Origin: an uncultured Ruficoccus sp. | GTDB taxonomy: Bacteria; Verrucomicrobiota; Verrucomicrobiia; Opitutales; Cerasicoccaceae | Length of the DNA: 64,000 bases | Assembly: GCA_965140785.1 (NCBI GenBank) | Contig: OZ223519.1 | Coordinates: 160,001 to 224,000, forward strand | Direction: 5' to 3' | Part shown: in pieces, positions 38,883-51,815 of the stretch | Numbering within the stretch: position 1 is the stretch's first letter | Layout: each line of letters starts with the position of its first letter | Translations under genes and position numbers: made by a program | The notes under the pieces: model-generated | The model's database searches: none | The model's input: only the letters and a program-made list of their open reading frames with translations | What the model was told of the DNA's origin: nothing

Positions 38883-39680
38883 ATGAAACCCCTGCTCGCG
38901 CTCAGCCTCTTGCTCAATCTCTGCCTGCTCACCGCCCTCGGCTACCTGCTCACGCGCGGTTCGGAAGTCGTCACCGAGACCAAGGAGGTCGTCGTCACCA
39001 AGACCCTCAACCCCAACATCGGGCTGGAGACGCGCATCATTGCGCTGGAGGCGGAGTTGGAGCAGGAGAGAGTCGAGCACCAGGAAGATATTCAGGCGTA
39101 TGCGCAGGAGTTGGCAGAAGCGGATGCCAATATCGCCATGCTGGAAGGAGCGATGCCGAGAGAGCCCCTCCTGGTTGAGGGACCACGGGGCTATGGCAAG
39201 CTGATCGGCCATTATCAACATGGGTTGCTCTTGTTTCATAAGAAATATCCGAAACCACCCGCTCCTGAGAGTGAAGAGTATGTGGAGTACATGGAGGATC
39301 GCAAAGCCCTGAATCCGTTCTTTTTCCTGTACCATGAGGATTTGAAGAGATTGACGCGTTTGCCAGAGTCAAACCCCGATCGACAGGCTTTCATGGCTTC
39401 CAGCGTAGGGGCAACGCTACAGCTGGATGACGCCAAGCAGGAAGAACTGAATACTGTTTTTGCAGGAGCCTATGCACAGTTGCAGGAGGAAGGGCTACTG
39501 GCCGAGAACAGGTACTATTTCTTTTCTTCTGATCGGACCCAAGAAAGACGTCGCAAAGAGATCGAGAAACGGGCTTACGAGCAGACAAGGGCTTTGCTGT
39601 CGGGGGAGCAGTTGGAGATGTTCGACACGTCTTTTCCCGAGAATTTCTTGTTTAGCACCAAAATCATATTTCTTGATTGA
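38883..39680 (+). CDS. Hypothetical membrane-anchored protein with coiled coil
   Basis: N-terminal hydrophobic LALSLLLNLCLL, then a heptad-rich segment. Confidence 0.65.
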   Translation: MKPLLALSLLLNLCLLTALGYLLTRGSEVVTETKEVVVTKTLNPNIGLETRIIALEAELEQERVEHQEDIQAYAQELAEADANIAMLEGAMPREPLLVEGPRGYGKLIGHYQHGLLLFHKKYPKPPAPESEEYVEYMEDRKALNPFFFLYHEDLKRLTRLPESNPDRQAFMASSVGATLQLDDAKQEELNTVFAGAYAQLQEEGLLAENRYYFFSSDRTQERRRKEIEKRAYEQTRALLSGEQLEMFDTSFPENFLFSTKIIFLD

Positions 39681-39729
39681 TGGGGGAGCGTATGAGCAGC
39701 GTCCCTCAATCCCATTGCATGTCACCAGC

Positions 39730-39759
39730 AAAAAAAAGCCCGGTCGATTGACCGGGCTT
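39730..39759 (-). terminator. mdh intrinsic terminator
   Basis: A8-GCCCGGTC-GATT-GACCGGGC. Confidence 0.85.
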
Positions 39760-39764
39760 GAAAG

Positions 39765-39823
39765 GCGGAGTGCCTCCGCAGGCAATGAGGGGCTCTGCCC
39801 CTACGCCGCAAAAGCGGCTACCC
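39765..39823 (+). repeat. GTAG multi-hairpin (REP-like) repeat
   Basis: GCGGA-GTGCC-TCCGC AGGCAATG AGGGGC-TCT-GCCCCT AC GCCGC-AAAA-GCGGC TACCC. Confidence 0.8.
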
Positions 39824-39827
39824 ACGC

Positions 39828-40814
39828 TTAGGCCAGAGCGGCCATCGCGGTTTCCTTCTCGGAGGTGAGCTCTTCGATGGAGACCTGGATCTTCGCCTTG
39901 GCGAAGTCGTTCAGTTGGATGCCCTTGACCACTTCCCACTTGGAGCCGTCGGACTTGATCGGCAGGGAGGTGATGATGCCTTCGGGAGCGCCGTATTCGC
40001 CCTTGGAGCAGACGCACACGCTGTGGAAGTCGCCGGGAGCGGTCGGGGTGGTCAGGCTGACCACGGTGTCAACGACGGCGTTGGCAGCCGAAGCGGCGGA
40101 GGAGGCCCCGCGGGCTTCGATGATGGCGGCGCCGCGCTTGCCGACGACGGGCAGGAAGGTTTCTTCCAGCCAGGCCTTGTCGGTGATGACTTCGGTGGCG
40201 GGCTTGCCGTTGATCTTCGCGTTGGTGAAGTCGGCGAACATGGTCGGGGAGTGATTGCCCCACACGCACAGGTTCGAGACGGCGCTGACGGGCACGCCGG
40301 CCTTCTGGGCGAGCTGGCTCATGGCGCGGTTTTCGTCCAGGCGGGTCATGGCGAAGAAGCGGTCGTTGGGGACGTCCGGGGCGTTCTGCATGGCGATCAG
40401 GCAGTTCGTGTTGCAGGGGTTGCCCACCACGAGTACGCGCACATCCTTGGCCGCGTTGTCGTTGATGGCCTTGCCCTGGCCGACGAAGATCTTGCCGTTG
40501 ATGCCGAGCAGCTCGGCGCGTTCCATGCCCTTCTTGCGCGGCACGCTGCCCACGAGCAGGGCCCAGTTGACGTCCTTGAAGCCGACGTTCAGGTCGGAGG
40601 TCTGGACGACGTCGGTCAGCAGCGGGAAGGCACAGTCTTCCAGCTCCATGGCGACGCCCTTGAGGGCGTTCATACCGGGCTCAATTTCGATCAGGTTCAG
40701 GGCGACCGGTTGGTCGGGGCCGAACATCTGGCCGGAGGCGATACGGAAGAGAAGAGCGTAGCCGATTTGACCGGCGGCTCCAGTGACAGCGACACGAATG
40801 GGTGCTTTGCTCAT
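39828..40814 (-). CDS. mdh: Malate dehydrogenase (type 2)
   Basis: [44 protein letters not shown]. Confidence 0.96.
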   Translation of the reverse strand: MSKAPIRVAVTGAAGQIGYALLFRIASGQMFGPDQPVALNLIEIEPGMNALKGVAMELEDCAFPLLTDVVQTSDLNVGFKDVNWALLVGSVPRKKGMERAELLGINGKIFVGQGKAINDNAAKDVRVLVVGNPCNTNCLIAMQNAPDVPNDRFFAMTRLDENRAMSQLAQKAGVPVSAVSNLCVWGNHSPTMFADFTNAKINGKPATEVITDKAWLEETFLPVVGKRGAAIIEARGASSAASAANAVVDTVVSLTTPTAPGDFHSVCVCSKGEYGAPEGIITSLPIKSDGSKWEVVKGIQLNDFAKAKIQVSIEELTSEKETAMAALA

Positions 40815-40902
40815 GGTTTTGCTTCTGTACGGGTTACCTTTGTAAATGACATTAGTTGCGCTCATTGATAGGTCGGGGTACGATAATGGTTACTGATTCG
40901 AA

Positions 40903-41967
40903 TTAGGCGAGAGAAAAGCGACCTTCCAGTGCGTTAAATGCGGTGCGGATCATTTTCTCGGTCTCGTCCCAGCCCAGGCACGGGTCGGTGATGGAGACAC
41001 CGTAGTCCATTTTTCCGCCGGCGACGATCTTCTGGTTGCCGCCGTTGAGATTGCTCTCGACCATCGCGCCGATAATGCCCTCGTGGCCCTGGCCGATCTG
41101 GCGGATGGCATCAGCCAGGATGGCCGGGTAGCGGGTGTAGTCCTTTTGCGCATTGTCGTGGCTGCAATCTACCATTAGCGCGGGGGCCAGTCCACTGGCC
41201 TTAAGCTTTTTCAAATAGTCGGCGACATGAGTATCGTCGTAGTTGGGGCCGTTCTTGCCGCCGCGCAGGACCAGGTGGCAGTCGGGGTTGCCCTTGGTGG
41301 TGACGGAGGCGGCGCGGCCCTGCTGGTCGATCCCGAGAAAGGTCTGCTCGCGGCTGGCGGCGTTGATGGCGTTGATCGCGGCCTCGATCGAGCCGTCCGT
41401 GCTGTTTTTAAAGCCCAGGGGCATGGACAGGCCGCTGGCCATCTGCCGGTGGGTCTGGCTCTCGGTCGTGCGGGCGCCGATGGCGGACCAGCAGATGAGG
41501 TCGGCGATGTACTGCGGCGTGATCGGGTCGAGCAGCTCGGTGGCGGTGGGCAGGCCCAGGTCGATCACCTCGCGCAGGAACTCCCGCGCCATGCGCAGGC
41601 CGGCGGGGATATTGTAGCTCTTGTCGATGTAGGGGTCCATGATGAGTCCCTTCCAGCCGACGGTCGTGCGCGGTTTCTCAAAGTACACGCGCATCACAAT
41701 CAGGATGCGTTCGCGGACTTCTTCGGAGAGCTTGGCGAGTTTTTCGGCGTACTCGCGCCCGGCCTTGATGTCGTGGATCGAGCAGGGGCCGACGACGAGC
41801 AGCAGGCGCTTGTCGTTGCCAAAAATGATGCGGTGAATCTCGCGCCGGGCGGCGGCGACAAACTCCTGCTGAGCATCCGTGCGGGGGATCTCCTGCAGCA
41901 GTTGGGCCGGGGCGGGAAGCTCCCGCGTGGCGGCGATATTGATGTCGGTGACCTTAGAGGGCTCCAT
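40903..41967 (-). CDS. 3-deoxy-7-phosphoheptulonate synthase, class I (AroF/G/H type)
   Basis: GPCSIHD, YFEKPRTTVGWKG, IGARTTESQTHR, DCSH, GVSITDPC. Confidence 0.95.
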   Translation of the reverse strand: MEPSKVTDINIAATRELPAPAQLLQEIPRTDAQQEFVAAARREIHRIIFGNDKRLLLVVGPCSIHDIKAGREYAEKLAKLSEEVRERILIVMRVYFEKPRTTVGWKGLIMDPYIDKSYNIPAGLRMAREFLREVIDLGLPTATELLDPITPQYIADLICWSAIGARTTESQTHRQMASGLSMPLGFKNSTDGSIEAAINAINAASREQTFLGIDQQGRAASVTTKGNPDCHLVLRGGKNGPNYDDTHVADYLKKLKASGLAPALMVDCSHDNAQKDYTRYPAILADAIRQIGQGHEGIIGAMVESNLNGGNQKIVAGGKMDYGVSITDPCLGWDETEKMIRTAFNALEGRFSLA

Positions 41968-42077
41968 GGATCTGTATAAAAAACATCATATCACGTTTGA
42001 CGGAGCGGGTCTTTTCAAGGCTATTCTTGTCACAGGCCGGTTAAATCCGGTTCCGCTCCCTTTATTATTTGTCCCTG

Positions 42078-42965
42078 ATGGCCACTCCTCTCACCACTAC
42101 CGTCCAGCCCGCCGCCGTGCTCCGTGTCAGCGGCGAAGACACCCCGACCTACCTCCAAAGCCAGTGCTCCAACGACTTACGGAGCCTGGAGCCCGGTCAC
42201 TGCTGCTACGGCCTGTGGCTCGACCGCAAGGGCAAGGTCTGCGCCGACAGCTTCGTCTTTCTCCTCGGCGCAGAAAACTACCTGCTGGTCAGCTACCACT
42301 GTCCGGCCGAGGCGCTGATTGCCAAGCTGGAGGAGAATATTATCGCCGACGAGGTGGAGATCGAGGATCTGACAGCGAACGCCGAGCTTGTGGTGGAGAT
42401 CGGCTTGCCTGAGGCAGAAATTCCTGCCGCCGGCACATGCGAGCGGGTGGGAGAGGGCGACGCGCCCTCGGCCCTGCGCTTTGCCGGACGGCGTTCCCGG
42501 CTTCCGTGCCGGGAAACGCTCTGGCTCGCTGGCCGTCCCGCCGGCGAGGAAATCGTCCCCACTCTTGATGTGGACGGGCTCGCCTACGAGCGCATCGCGG
42601 CGGGCATCGCCGCCGTCCCGCAGGACATCGGCCCCGGCGACTTGCCGCAGGAGGGCGGCTTGGAGAAGGTTGCAGTCTCTTTTAATAAAGGCTGCTACCT
42701 GGGCCAGGAAGTTATGGCCCGCCTGCACGCCATGGGGCGCACCCAGCGGGCGCTGCACCGCGTCGAGCTGGAAAAACTCCCTGCAGCGCTCCCGGTGGAC
42801 ATTCTTGACCCGACGGGCAAGGCCGTGGGCGAGCTGCGCTCCGCCGCCAGCGGCGACGACTCCGTCATCGGGTTGGCCATGCTGAAAAAACGCGCCCTGG
42901 AAAACGGCGGCCCCTTTTCCCTGGCCGACGGCGCAAACGTGCAAATAGTAGAAGCGCTTGCCTGA
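42078..42965 (+). CDS. ygfZ: YgfZ/GcvT-like folate-binding protein
   Basis: Signature KGCYLGQE. Confidence 0.88.
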   Translation: MATPLTTTVQPAAVLRVSGEDTPTYLQSQCSNDLRSLEPGHCCYGLWLDRKGKVCADSFVFLLGAENYLLVSYHCPAEALIAKLEENIIADEVEIEDLTANAELVVEIGLPEAEIPAAGTCERVGEGDAPSALRFAGRRSRLPCRETLWLAGRPAGEEIVPTLDVDGLAYERIAAGIAAVPQDIGPGDLPQEGGLEKVAVSFNKGCYLGQEVMARLHAMGRTQRALHRVELEKLPAALPVDILDPTGKAVGELRSAASGDDSVIGLAMLKKRALENGGPFSLADGANVQIVEALA

Positions 42966-43228
42966 TGGATCAGTCACAGGAATCACTGGTGCAGCTCTGC
43001 CAACGTCTGGGGGCTTCCCCGGAGCAGGCCCGTACCATGGCCCGGCAACTTTGGAAACGCTCCGAGCAGATCGCCCGCGAGCGTAATATCAAGCAGGTTG
43101 AGGCCATGGACCATCTTCTGAGGCTGATGGTCAGGGGGAGGCAGGGGGTAGTTTGGACCGATCCCCCGCCAGAAAAGGCCTCAAACCCCGCCAAACCCTC
43201 AAAAAAACAGGGAATAGACCAAGATTAA
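42965..43228 (+). CDS. Small hypothetical protein (87 aa), coupled to ygfZ
   Basis: TGATG stop/start overlap. Confidence 0.6.
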   Translation: MDQSQESLVQLCQRLGASPEQARTMARQLWKRSEQIARERNIKQVEAMDHLLRLMVRGRQGVVWTDPPPEKASNPAKPSKKQGIDQD

Positions 43229-43308
43229 GGTTGACGGTGCGTGGCTCGCATCTACGTAATCACCCTCGTCTTCTCACACCGTAAACATCCAATACAAACT
43301 ATACACAT

Positions 43309-43584
43309 ATGAATAAAGCAGAGCTTGTTATCGAAGTGCAAAAGCAACTCGGTAAAGACACCTCCAAGGCTCAGGCCGAACGCGCCGTTGATGCCTTCCT
43401 CGACGCCGTCAAAAAGGGCGTGAAAAAAGATAAGGCTGTTCAGCTCATCGGTTTCGGTACTTTCTCCGTCACCAAGCGTGCTGCCCGCACCGGCGTCAAC
43501 CCGAAGACCGGTGAAAAGATCAAGATTGCCGCTTCGAAGACTGTTAAGTTCAAGCCGGGCGCCGGTTTGAAGAGCATTCTCTAA
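43309..43584 (+). CDS. hup: DNA-binding protein HU
   Basis: MNKAEL, GFGTF, RAARTGVNPKTGE, FKPG; candidate TTGACG-N16-TACGTA promoter upstream. Confidence 0.95.
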   Translation: MNKAELVIEVQKQLGKDTSKAQAERAVDAFLDAVKKGVKKDKAVQLIGFGTFSVTKRAARTGVNPKTGEKIKIAASKTVKFKPGAGLKSIL

Positions 43585-43607
43585 TCTGTCCTGCAATTTT
43601 AGACTTG

Positions 43608-43640
43608 AGAAAGCCCGCAGTTACTGCGGGCTTTTTCTTT
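43608..43640 (+). terminator. hup intrinsic terminator
   Basis: AAAGCCCGCAG-TTA-CTGCGGGCTTTTTCTTT. Confidence 0.85.
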
Positions 43641-43645
43641 GCATC

Positions 43646-44812
43646 ATGAAAGAAGCCGTAAACCATTTCCACAAGTGCTTCGGGGAAGCGCCCGAGCATG
43701 TTGCTGTCGCACCCGGCAGGCTTGAATTCATCGGCAATCACAACGATTACAACGGCGGCCCCGTCATGGGGCTGGCCGTGGACTGTGTGATGGGCATCGC
43801 CCTGAGCCGCAAGCCCGAGGACACCGCCGAGCTGGTCGATGTAAAACTCGACGGGCGCGTGGTCGTGCCGTTGACGGACCTGAAGCCCGTCCAGGGCACC
43901 GATAGCTGGGTCAACTACCCGCTGGGGGTTTTTCACGTTATGCGCAAGGCCGGGCTCGACCTGCCCGGCGGCTTCCGCATGGCGGTGGCCAGTACGCTGC
44001 CTGCCGGTGCCGGGATGAGCAGCAGCGCGGCTTTCGAGCTCGCCGCCGCTTACGCCTACTCGGCTGCCTTCGGCTTCCAGGCGGACCGCAAGCAGATGGC
44101 CCGCTACGGGCGCCAGGCCGAGAACCAGTTCGTCGGTGTGCCTTGCGGCATTCTCGACCAGGGTGTGAGCGCCTTCGGCGAGGAGAATCACATCGTGAGT
44201 ATCGACTGCAAGACTGAGACCTTCGATCGGGTGCCGATGCCTGCGGGCATCCACTTCTGGGTCTTCAACACGCAGAAAAAACACGCCCTGCTCGACTCCC
44301 TTTACGAGACCCGCCACCGCGAGTGCATGGAGGCCTTTGACATCCTCAAGGTGAAGTACCCTGAGCTCGAGTGCCTGGCCGATACCTCGCTGGCCCAGCT
44401 CGACAGCCTCAGCGAGCAGATGGCGGACAACCTCCTGGCCCGCGCCCGCCACGTCGTGACCGAGACCATGCGCGTGCGCGAAATGGCTTCGGCCCTGCGC
44501 GACGGCGACCTCAAGCGCATGGGCGACCTGCTGCTGGCCTCGCACGCCAGCTCGCGTCACGACTTCGAGAACAGCTGCGACGAACTCGACTTCCTTGTGG
44601 ATGAACTGCGCGAGCTCAATGGCGTTCATGGCGCCCGCTTGACCGGTGGTGGTTTCGGCGGCGCGGTTATGGCCGTGACCGACGGCACTTTCTCCGCGGA
44701 GACCGCGCAGGAAGCCTGTGCCCGTTATCAGGAGCGCTTTGGCCACACCCCGACGATCTTCCACACCCGCTCCGGCGAGGGCGCCCATGTGGTCGAATCG
44801 GCCAAGGCATAG
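43646..44812 (+). CDS. galK: Galactokinase
   Basis: APGRLEFIGNHNDYNGG, GAGMSSSAA, CGILDQ, GARLTGGGFGG. Confidence 0.92.
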   Translation: MKEAVNHFHKCFGEAPEHVAVAPGRLEFIGNHNDYNGGPVMGLAVDCVMGIALSRKPEDTAELVDVKLDGRVVVPLTDLKPVQGTDSWVNYPLGVFHVMRKAGLDLPGGFRMAVASTLPAGAGMSSSAAFELAAAYAYSAAFGFQADRKQMARYGRQAENQFVGVPCGILDQGVSAFGEENHIVSIDCKTETFDRVPMPAGIHFWVFNTQKKHALLDSLYETRHRECMEAFDILKVKYPELECLADTSLAQLDSLSEQMADNLLARARHVVTETMRVREMASALRDGDLKRMGDLLLASHASSRHDFENSCDELDFLVDELRELNGVHGARLTGGGFGGAVMAVTDGTFSAETAQEACARYQERFGHTPTIFHTRSGEGAHVVESAKA

Positions 44813-44841
44813 CGCTGGCGAACTCGGTATTTTATATAGCC

Positions 44842-44874
44842 AAAAGGCCGGGCAGTGTTGCCCGGCCTTTTTTT
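44842..44874. terminator. Bidirectional terminator between galK and melA
   Basis: AAAAGGCCGGGCA-GTGT-TGCCCGGCCTTTTTTT. Confidence 0.85.
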
Positions 44875-44905
44875 GTTTGTGCGTTTAGCGGAAGCTTTGC
44901 ACGCC

Positions 44906-47086
44906 TTAGACGGCGGCGGCGGTCCGGCTCCAGTTGATCCACAGGAAGTGGCCGCTGGTGTCGGTGTTTTCCACTTTGCCGCTGAGGGTGGCGTGACCGC
45001 CGGAGTGCGCGTCGCCGAGGGCGCTGAGGTTGCAGAGGCAGTCGAAGAGCAGAGCCTCGCCCGCGGTCGGCAGCTTGAGTGCCGCGAGGGGCAGGCGCAG
45101 TTGCGCTTCGTAGTACATCGGGGTTGTGCGCTGGGTGGCGGCGGCACCGGCCAGCGGTTTTCCATCCATGAGCAGCGTGGGTTCTTTCTCGTCCTTTCCA
45201 GCCGGACGCAGGACGACAGTGCGGACTTTTTCCGCGTGCTCGGGATCGGCGAAGTAAAACTGCGTGCAGGAGGCCAAGTGGGGACGGTGAGTATTGGTCC
45301 GGATATCCGAGTCGTTCACCTTCAGCTCGATGAGAAGGTCGTCGCCCTCCTTGCGGAGGGAGCCACTGACGGCGTCGAACCCGGCCAGCTTCATGGCGAA
45401 GCGGGCCTCGCCCTCTTCGGTGATTTCCAGGCACTTGCGCGGGCGCAGGACAGCTCCGACGGCGAGCACCTGAGCGCTCTCGGCATCCAGACTGATCCGG
45501 TATTCGCTGTCGATGGCGGATTGGTTGGTCGCGGTTAGCTCCATCGTTTCGCTTCCGTTGGCCGGAACCTTGAGCGAGACGCTCTCCTCCACGCTGATCC
45601 GTCCGTCCTGCGGAAGCAGTCGGAAGCTGACCTCGACGGCTTCGGCGGTCGGGTTCTCGACGCTGAGGTGCAGCGTGTTCTGCCCGTCGGCTTCGGTGGC
45701 GAAGGCGCCCTTGCCCTCCAGCCGGGCAATGAGCCGATCCCCAATGCCCGCGAAGCCCCGTCCGGTGTTCTTCAGGGTGGGGGTGAACTCCCCGAGGTAA
45801 CCGTCCTTCTGGTGGACCTCGATCAACTCGTCGCACATCGCCCAGATACTATCGAGGGTGAGGGTTGAGGCGGCGTTCGGGTCCATCATGACGGCGTGGT
45901 AAATGTGCTCGCGCTTGCCGGTGAGGGCGGCTTTTACGGTCAGCTCCTGCACGTTGATGTTGCTCATGCACATCGCGGCCAGTTGCGGGGGCAGTTTGCC
46001 GATGCGGACCGGATGCAGGCCGGTGCTGTCCACCAGGCAGGGGACCTCGACATTGCAGTTGTAGGGGAGGTTTTCGATCGTGCCTTTGTTGGGCACATTG
46101 CCGTAAACGGTGCGCGGCTGGCCGCTTTCGCGGGAGTGGATGATGTAGGAGCCGTATTCGTGGGACTGCTCGCCCAGCTCGATGTCACCGTTCTCACCCA
46201 GCAGGTTGGCCTCAGTTTCGTGCCAGGAACTGATAATGGCGTCGCAGCGGCGCAGGTACTCGTCGATCGGAATACCAAAGCGCTCGATCACCTCCTGGCC
46301 GTGATGGATGAAGTACGGCACGTACTCGCTCTGGTGCTCGCTGGACTCAGTCACGTAGTAGCCGGTGCGGCGCATCATCTCGAAACGGACAAGCTCATGC
46401 GTGCGCTCCGGGTCTTCCAACGCCTTGAAGAGTAGTGGGTAGGCGTCCTGGCCCTTGTACTGGAATTTCAGGAAGAACGCCATGTGATTGATCCCGGCCA
46501 CCAGGTAGCTGACGTCCTCGGGCGGCAGGTTGGCGAAGCGGCACAACTGGTTGGCCGTGCCGAAGACCGAGTGGCACAATCCCACGTGCGGGATGCCGAC
46601 GGCTTCCTCGACCGCCCAGCAGTTCATGGCCATCGGGTTGGTGTAGTTGAGAAAAAGGCAGTCGGGCCGGGCGTAGTCGGCGATGTCGCGGGCGATGCCA
46701 TTGATGACCGGGATGGTCCGCAGGGCGCGGAAGACTCCGCCCACGCCGAGCGTGTCGGCAATGGTTTGCCGGAGACCATACTTTTTCGGGATCTCAAAGT
46801 CGTGCACCGTTGAGGGCTTGTAGCCGCCGACCTGGATCGTGCAGATAACGTAGTCCGCGTCGCGGATGGCCGCGCGCTGGTCGAGCGTGGACTCGATGCG
46901 GGCGGGCACGCCGAGTTTTTGCGCGATGCGGCGCATCATAACGTCGGCCACCTTGAGGCGGTCCGGGTCGATGTCCATCAGGCAGATGGTCGCGTCGGCC
47001 AGTTCGGGGAAGCGCAGGATGTCGCTGACAAGGGTCTTGGCGAAGACGACCGAGCCGGCGCCGATGAGGGTGATTTTACGGGTCAT
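44906..47086 (-). CDS. melA: GH4 alpha-galactosidase (MelA-like) with ~290-aa C-terminal extension
   Basis: IGAGSVVF, QTIADTLG.GG, NYTNPMA, GLCHSV, GINHMAF, TESSEH. Confidence 0.9.
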   Translation of the reverse strand: MTRKITLIGAGSVVFAKTLVSDILRFPELADATICLMDIDPDRLKVADVMMRRIAQKLGVPARIESTLDQRAAIRDADYVICTIQVGGYKPSTVHDFEIPKKYGLRQTIADTLGVGGVFRALRTIPVINGIARDIADYARPDCLFLNYTNPMAMNCWAVEEAVGIPHVGLCHSVFGTANQLCRFANLPPEDVSYLVAGINHMAFFLKFQYKGQDAYPLLFKALEDPERTHELVRFEMMRRTGYYVTESSEHQSEYVPYFIHHGQEVIERFGIPIDEYLRRCDAIISSWHETEANLLGENGDIELGEQSHEYGSYIIHSRESGQPRTVYGNVPNKGTIENLPYNCNVEVPCLVDSTGLHPVRIGKLPPQLAAMCMSNINVQELTVKAALTGKREHIYHAVMMDPNAASTLTLDSIWAMCDELIEVHQKDGYLGEFTPTLKNTGRGFAGIGDRLIARLEGKGAFATEADGQNTLHLSVENPTAEAVEVSFRLLPQDGRISVEESVSLKVPANGSETMELTATNQSAIDSEYRISLDAESAQVLAVGAVLRPRKCLEITEEGEARFAMKLAGFDAVSGSLRKEGDDLLIELKVNDSDIRTNTHRPHLASCTQFYFADPEHAEKVRTVVLRPAGKDEKEPTLLMDGKPLAGAAATQRTTPMYYEAQLRLPLAALKLPTAGEALLFDCLCNLSALGDAHSGGHATLSGKVENTDTSGHFLWINWSRTAAAV

Positions 47087-47255
47087 GTTGAGTGGGATGT
47101 GAAGTTCTTGCGGGGAGACTTCGTGGCCGCTCCCCTTTGTTTGGTGATCAGGCGAAGATTACGCCTCGATCAGGCTGTTTATCAAGAAGTCCGTTGTGAC
47201 TTAAATCATGCATTTTGTGATCGACCTGATGTGCGGTTGCTTATTGAGTGGAGGC

Positions 47256-48041
47256 ATGGACCCGCTGATGAAGTGTTTTTTCTACGGGGAAGAGGCCCGG
47301 TCGTCGAGCCGGTACTTCTGGAACAACCGAGGCCGTGAAGCAGTCGAAGGAGGGGTGTGTGTGATTCAGCGGACCATCACCGGCGAGGCTTTTTACCGGG
47401 ACACCCGCGAGCACGTGCGGGTGGGGCGGGGCGAGGCCATGTTATTCAGCCATGGCGAGGACTCCTGCTATGGCTATCCACGGGATGCGACCGAGCCCTA
47501 CCGGCTGGGTTTTCTGGCCCTGTCTGGCGTCGCCGACCTGTTTGCCGCCATCCGTGAGAAGGCCGGCTCGCGCATCGCCCTGTCAGCGCGTTCGGAGGCC
47601 CTGTCTGCTTTTCAGTCCGTGGTGCATCACTATCGGCAGCGGAGCTTTCGGGATCGCTTTCACGAGTCCCAATGCATCTATGAGCTTTTACTCGCGCTCT
47701 TGCGCCAGGCTTGGCAGGGCGATCTGACGCGCGATCCGGTGGCCGCCGCCCACGATCATATCCAGGCCCACTTCTCCGAGCCGTTATCCCAGAAGGAGGT
47801 TGCTGAGCGGGTGGGTCTGAGCCGGGAGCATCTGACGCGGATGTTTAAGCGCCGCTACGGGATTACGCCCGGCCACCTGTGCCACACCTTGCGGATGCAA
47901 AAAGCGCGGGAATTGCTGGAGTTGCAATTCGGCCAGGTTTCCGAAGTTGCTGCCTGTTGCGGCTATACGGACGCTAACAGCTTTGCGCGGGCCTTTAAGA
48001 ACACTACCGGAATATCGCCACAACAGTACCTGCGAGCTTGA
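47256..48041 (+). CDS. AraC-family regulator divergent from melA (start uncertain: 47208/47256/47268)
   Basis: C-terminal double HTH VAERVGLSREHLTRMFK...VAACCGY.D..SFARAFK..G.SP..Y. Confidence 0.88.
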   Translation: MDPLMKCFFYGEEARSSSRYFWNNRGREAVEGGVCVIQRTITGEAFYRDTREHVRVGRGEAMLFSHGEDSCYGYPRDATEPYRLGFLALSGVADLFAAIREKAGSRIALSARSEALSAFQSVVHHYRQRSFRDRFHESQCIYELLLALLRQAWQGDLTRDPVAAAHDHIQAHFSEPLSQKEVAERVGLSREHLTRMFKRRYGITPGHLCHTLRMQKARELLELQFGQVSEVAACCGYTDANSFARAFKNTTGISPQQYLRA

Positions 48042-48208
48042 GTGTACTGGATTTCAGCTTTATGTAACAGATATCAGCTTTACTATCTGAGGAGTTGGCT
48101 GATTGAAAATGAAGTTGGTTATTTCATCATAATATAAAATAAACACTCTAGCAGGATGGCCTTCTATAGTTTCGACTTACGGAGACCGCTTCCAGTATAA
48201 CACTTACC

Positions 48209-48825
48209 ATGGAGAACGGCACTATCCCCCCTATGCGTCGAGTGTGTCCGTTATCGGTTTTTGTAGCGATTCTTGTCGGCCTGATCGCGGTCATTGTTCA
48301 TTTCGGCTGGATCTTTCATTCCTATACCCTGGTCCAGATCCTGCCCGGTCTGGCGCCGATGCAGGCGACGACGGCTTTGGGGTTTGTTTTTTTCGCCGGT
48401 GCTCTGTTCTTTCTCTCCATTTCCCCCCTCTGGGATCGCGGGTCCCTGAAAACCTGGTTTAGCCTGGCCCTGCTGATATGGGGGCTGATCAACTTAGCCC
48501 AGCATCTCCTCGGGTTCAATATCGGGGTCGACCACCTGCTCTCCGAACCGTTTGTGGCGGATCGCTCTCCGGCGCCGGGGCGGATGTCCCTGCTGACCAG
48601 CCTCTGTTTCGTCCTGGGTGGGGGGGCGATGACCTTGGCCACCGTACGTAACAAGGGCGTCTGGTGCGAGATTTCCATTTTGATCCTGAGCTGTGCGCTG
48701 GCCGGAATTGCGGGGTCTTCCCTGTTTCGTTACGTGCTGGGTCTTCCCCCGCTGCTGTGGCTGGAGTACCGGCTCTCGGAAATGGCCATCCATACCTCCC
48801 TGGCCTTTTTACTGTTGGCACTGGA

Positions 48826-48829
<4 letters not shown>
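48209..48829 (+). CDS. N-terminal multi-TM sensor segment of the downstream kinase (split off by an apparent frameshift)
   Basis: Multi-TM; PM..TTA, PGRMS..T, MAIHT motifs typical of kinase membrane input regions; its stop overlaps the next ATG. Confidence 0.7.
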
Positions 48830-51711
<2,882 letters not shown>

Positions 51712-51815
51712 AGCAAGCCGCCCTCCGTTTTTGTACTTCTTTTCGCTCTACCCGGCCTTCCTGTTCCATCCTTTCCTGCACTGGGTGGGACGTGCCCAAT
51801 CAGGAGGGCCGCGCA

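Noticed and set aside
29581..39823. Strict strand bias of the GTAG repeat
   Set aside because: Three copies share orientation, but the copy at 13324 is inverted
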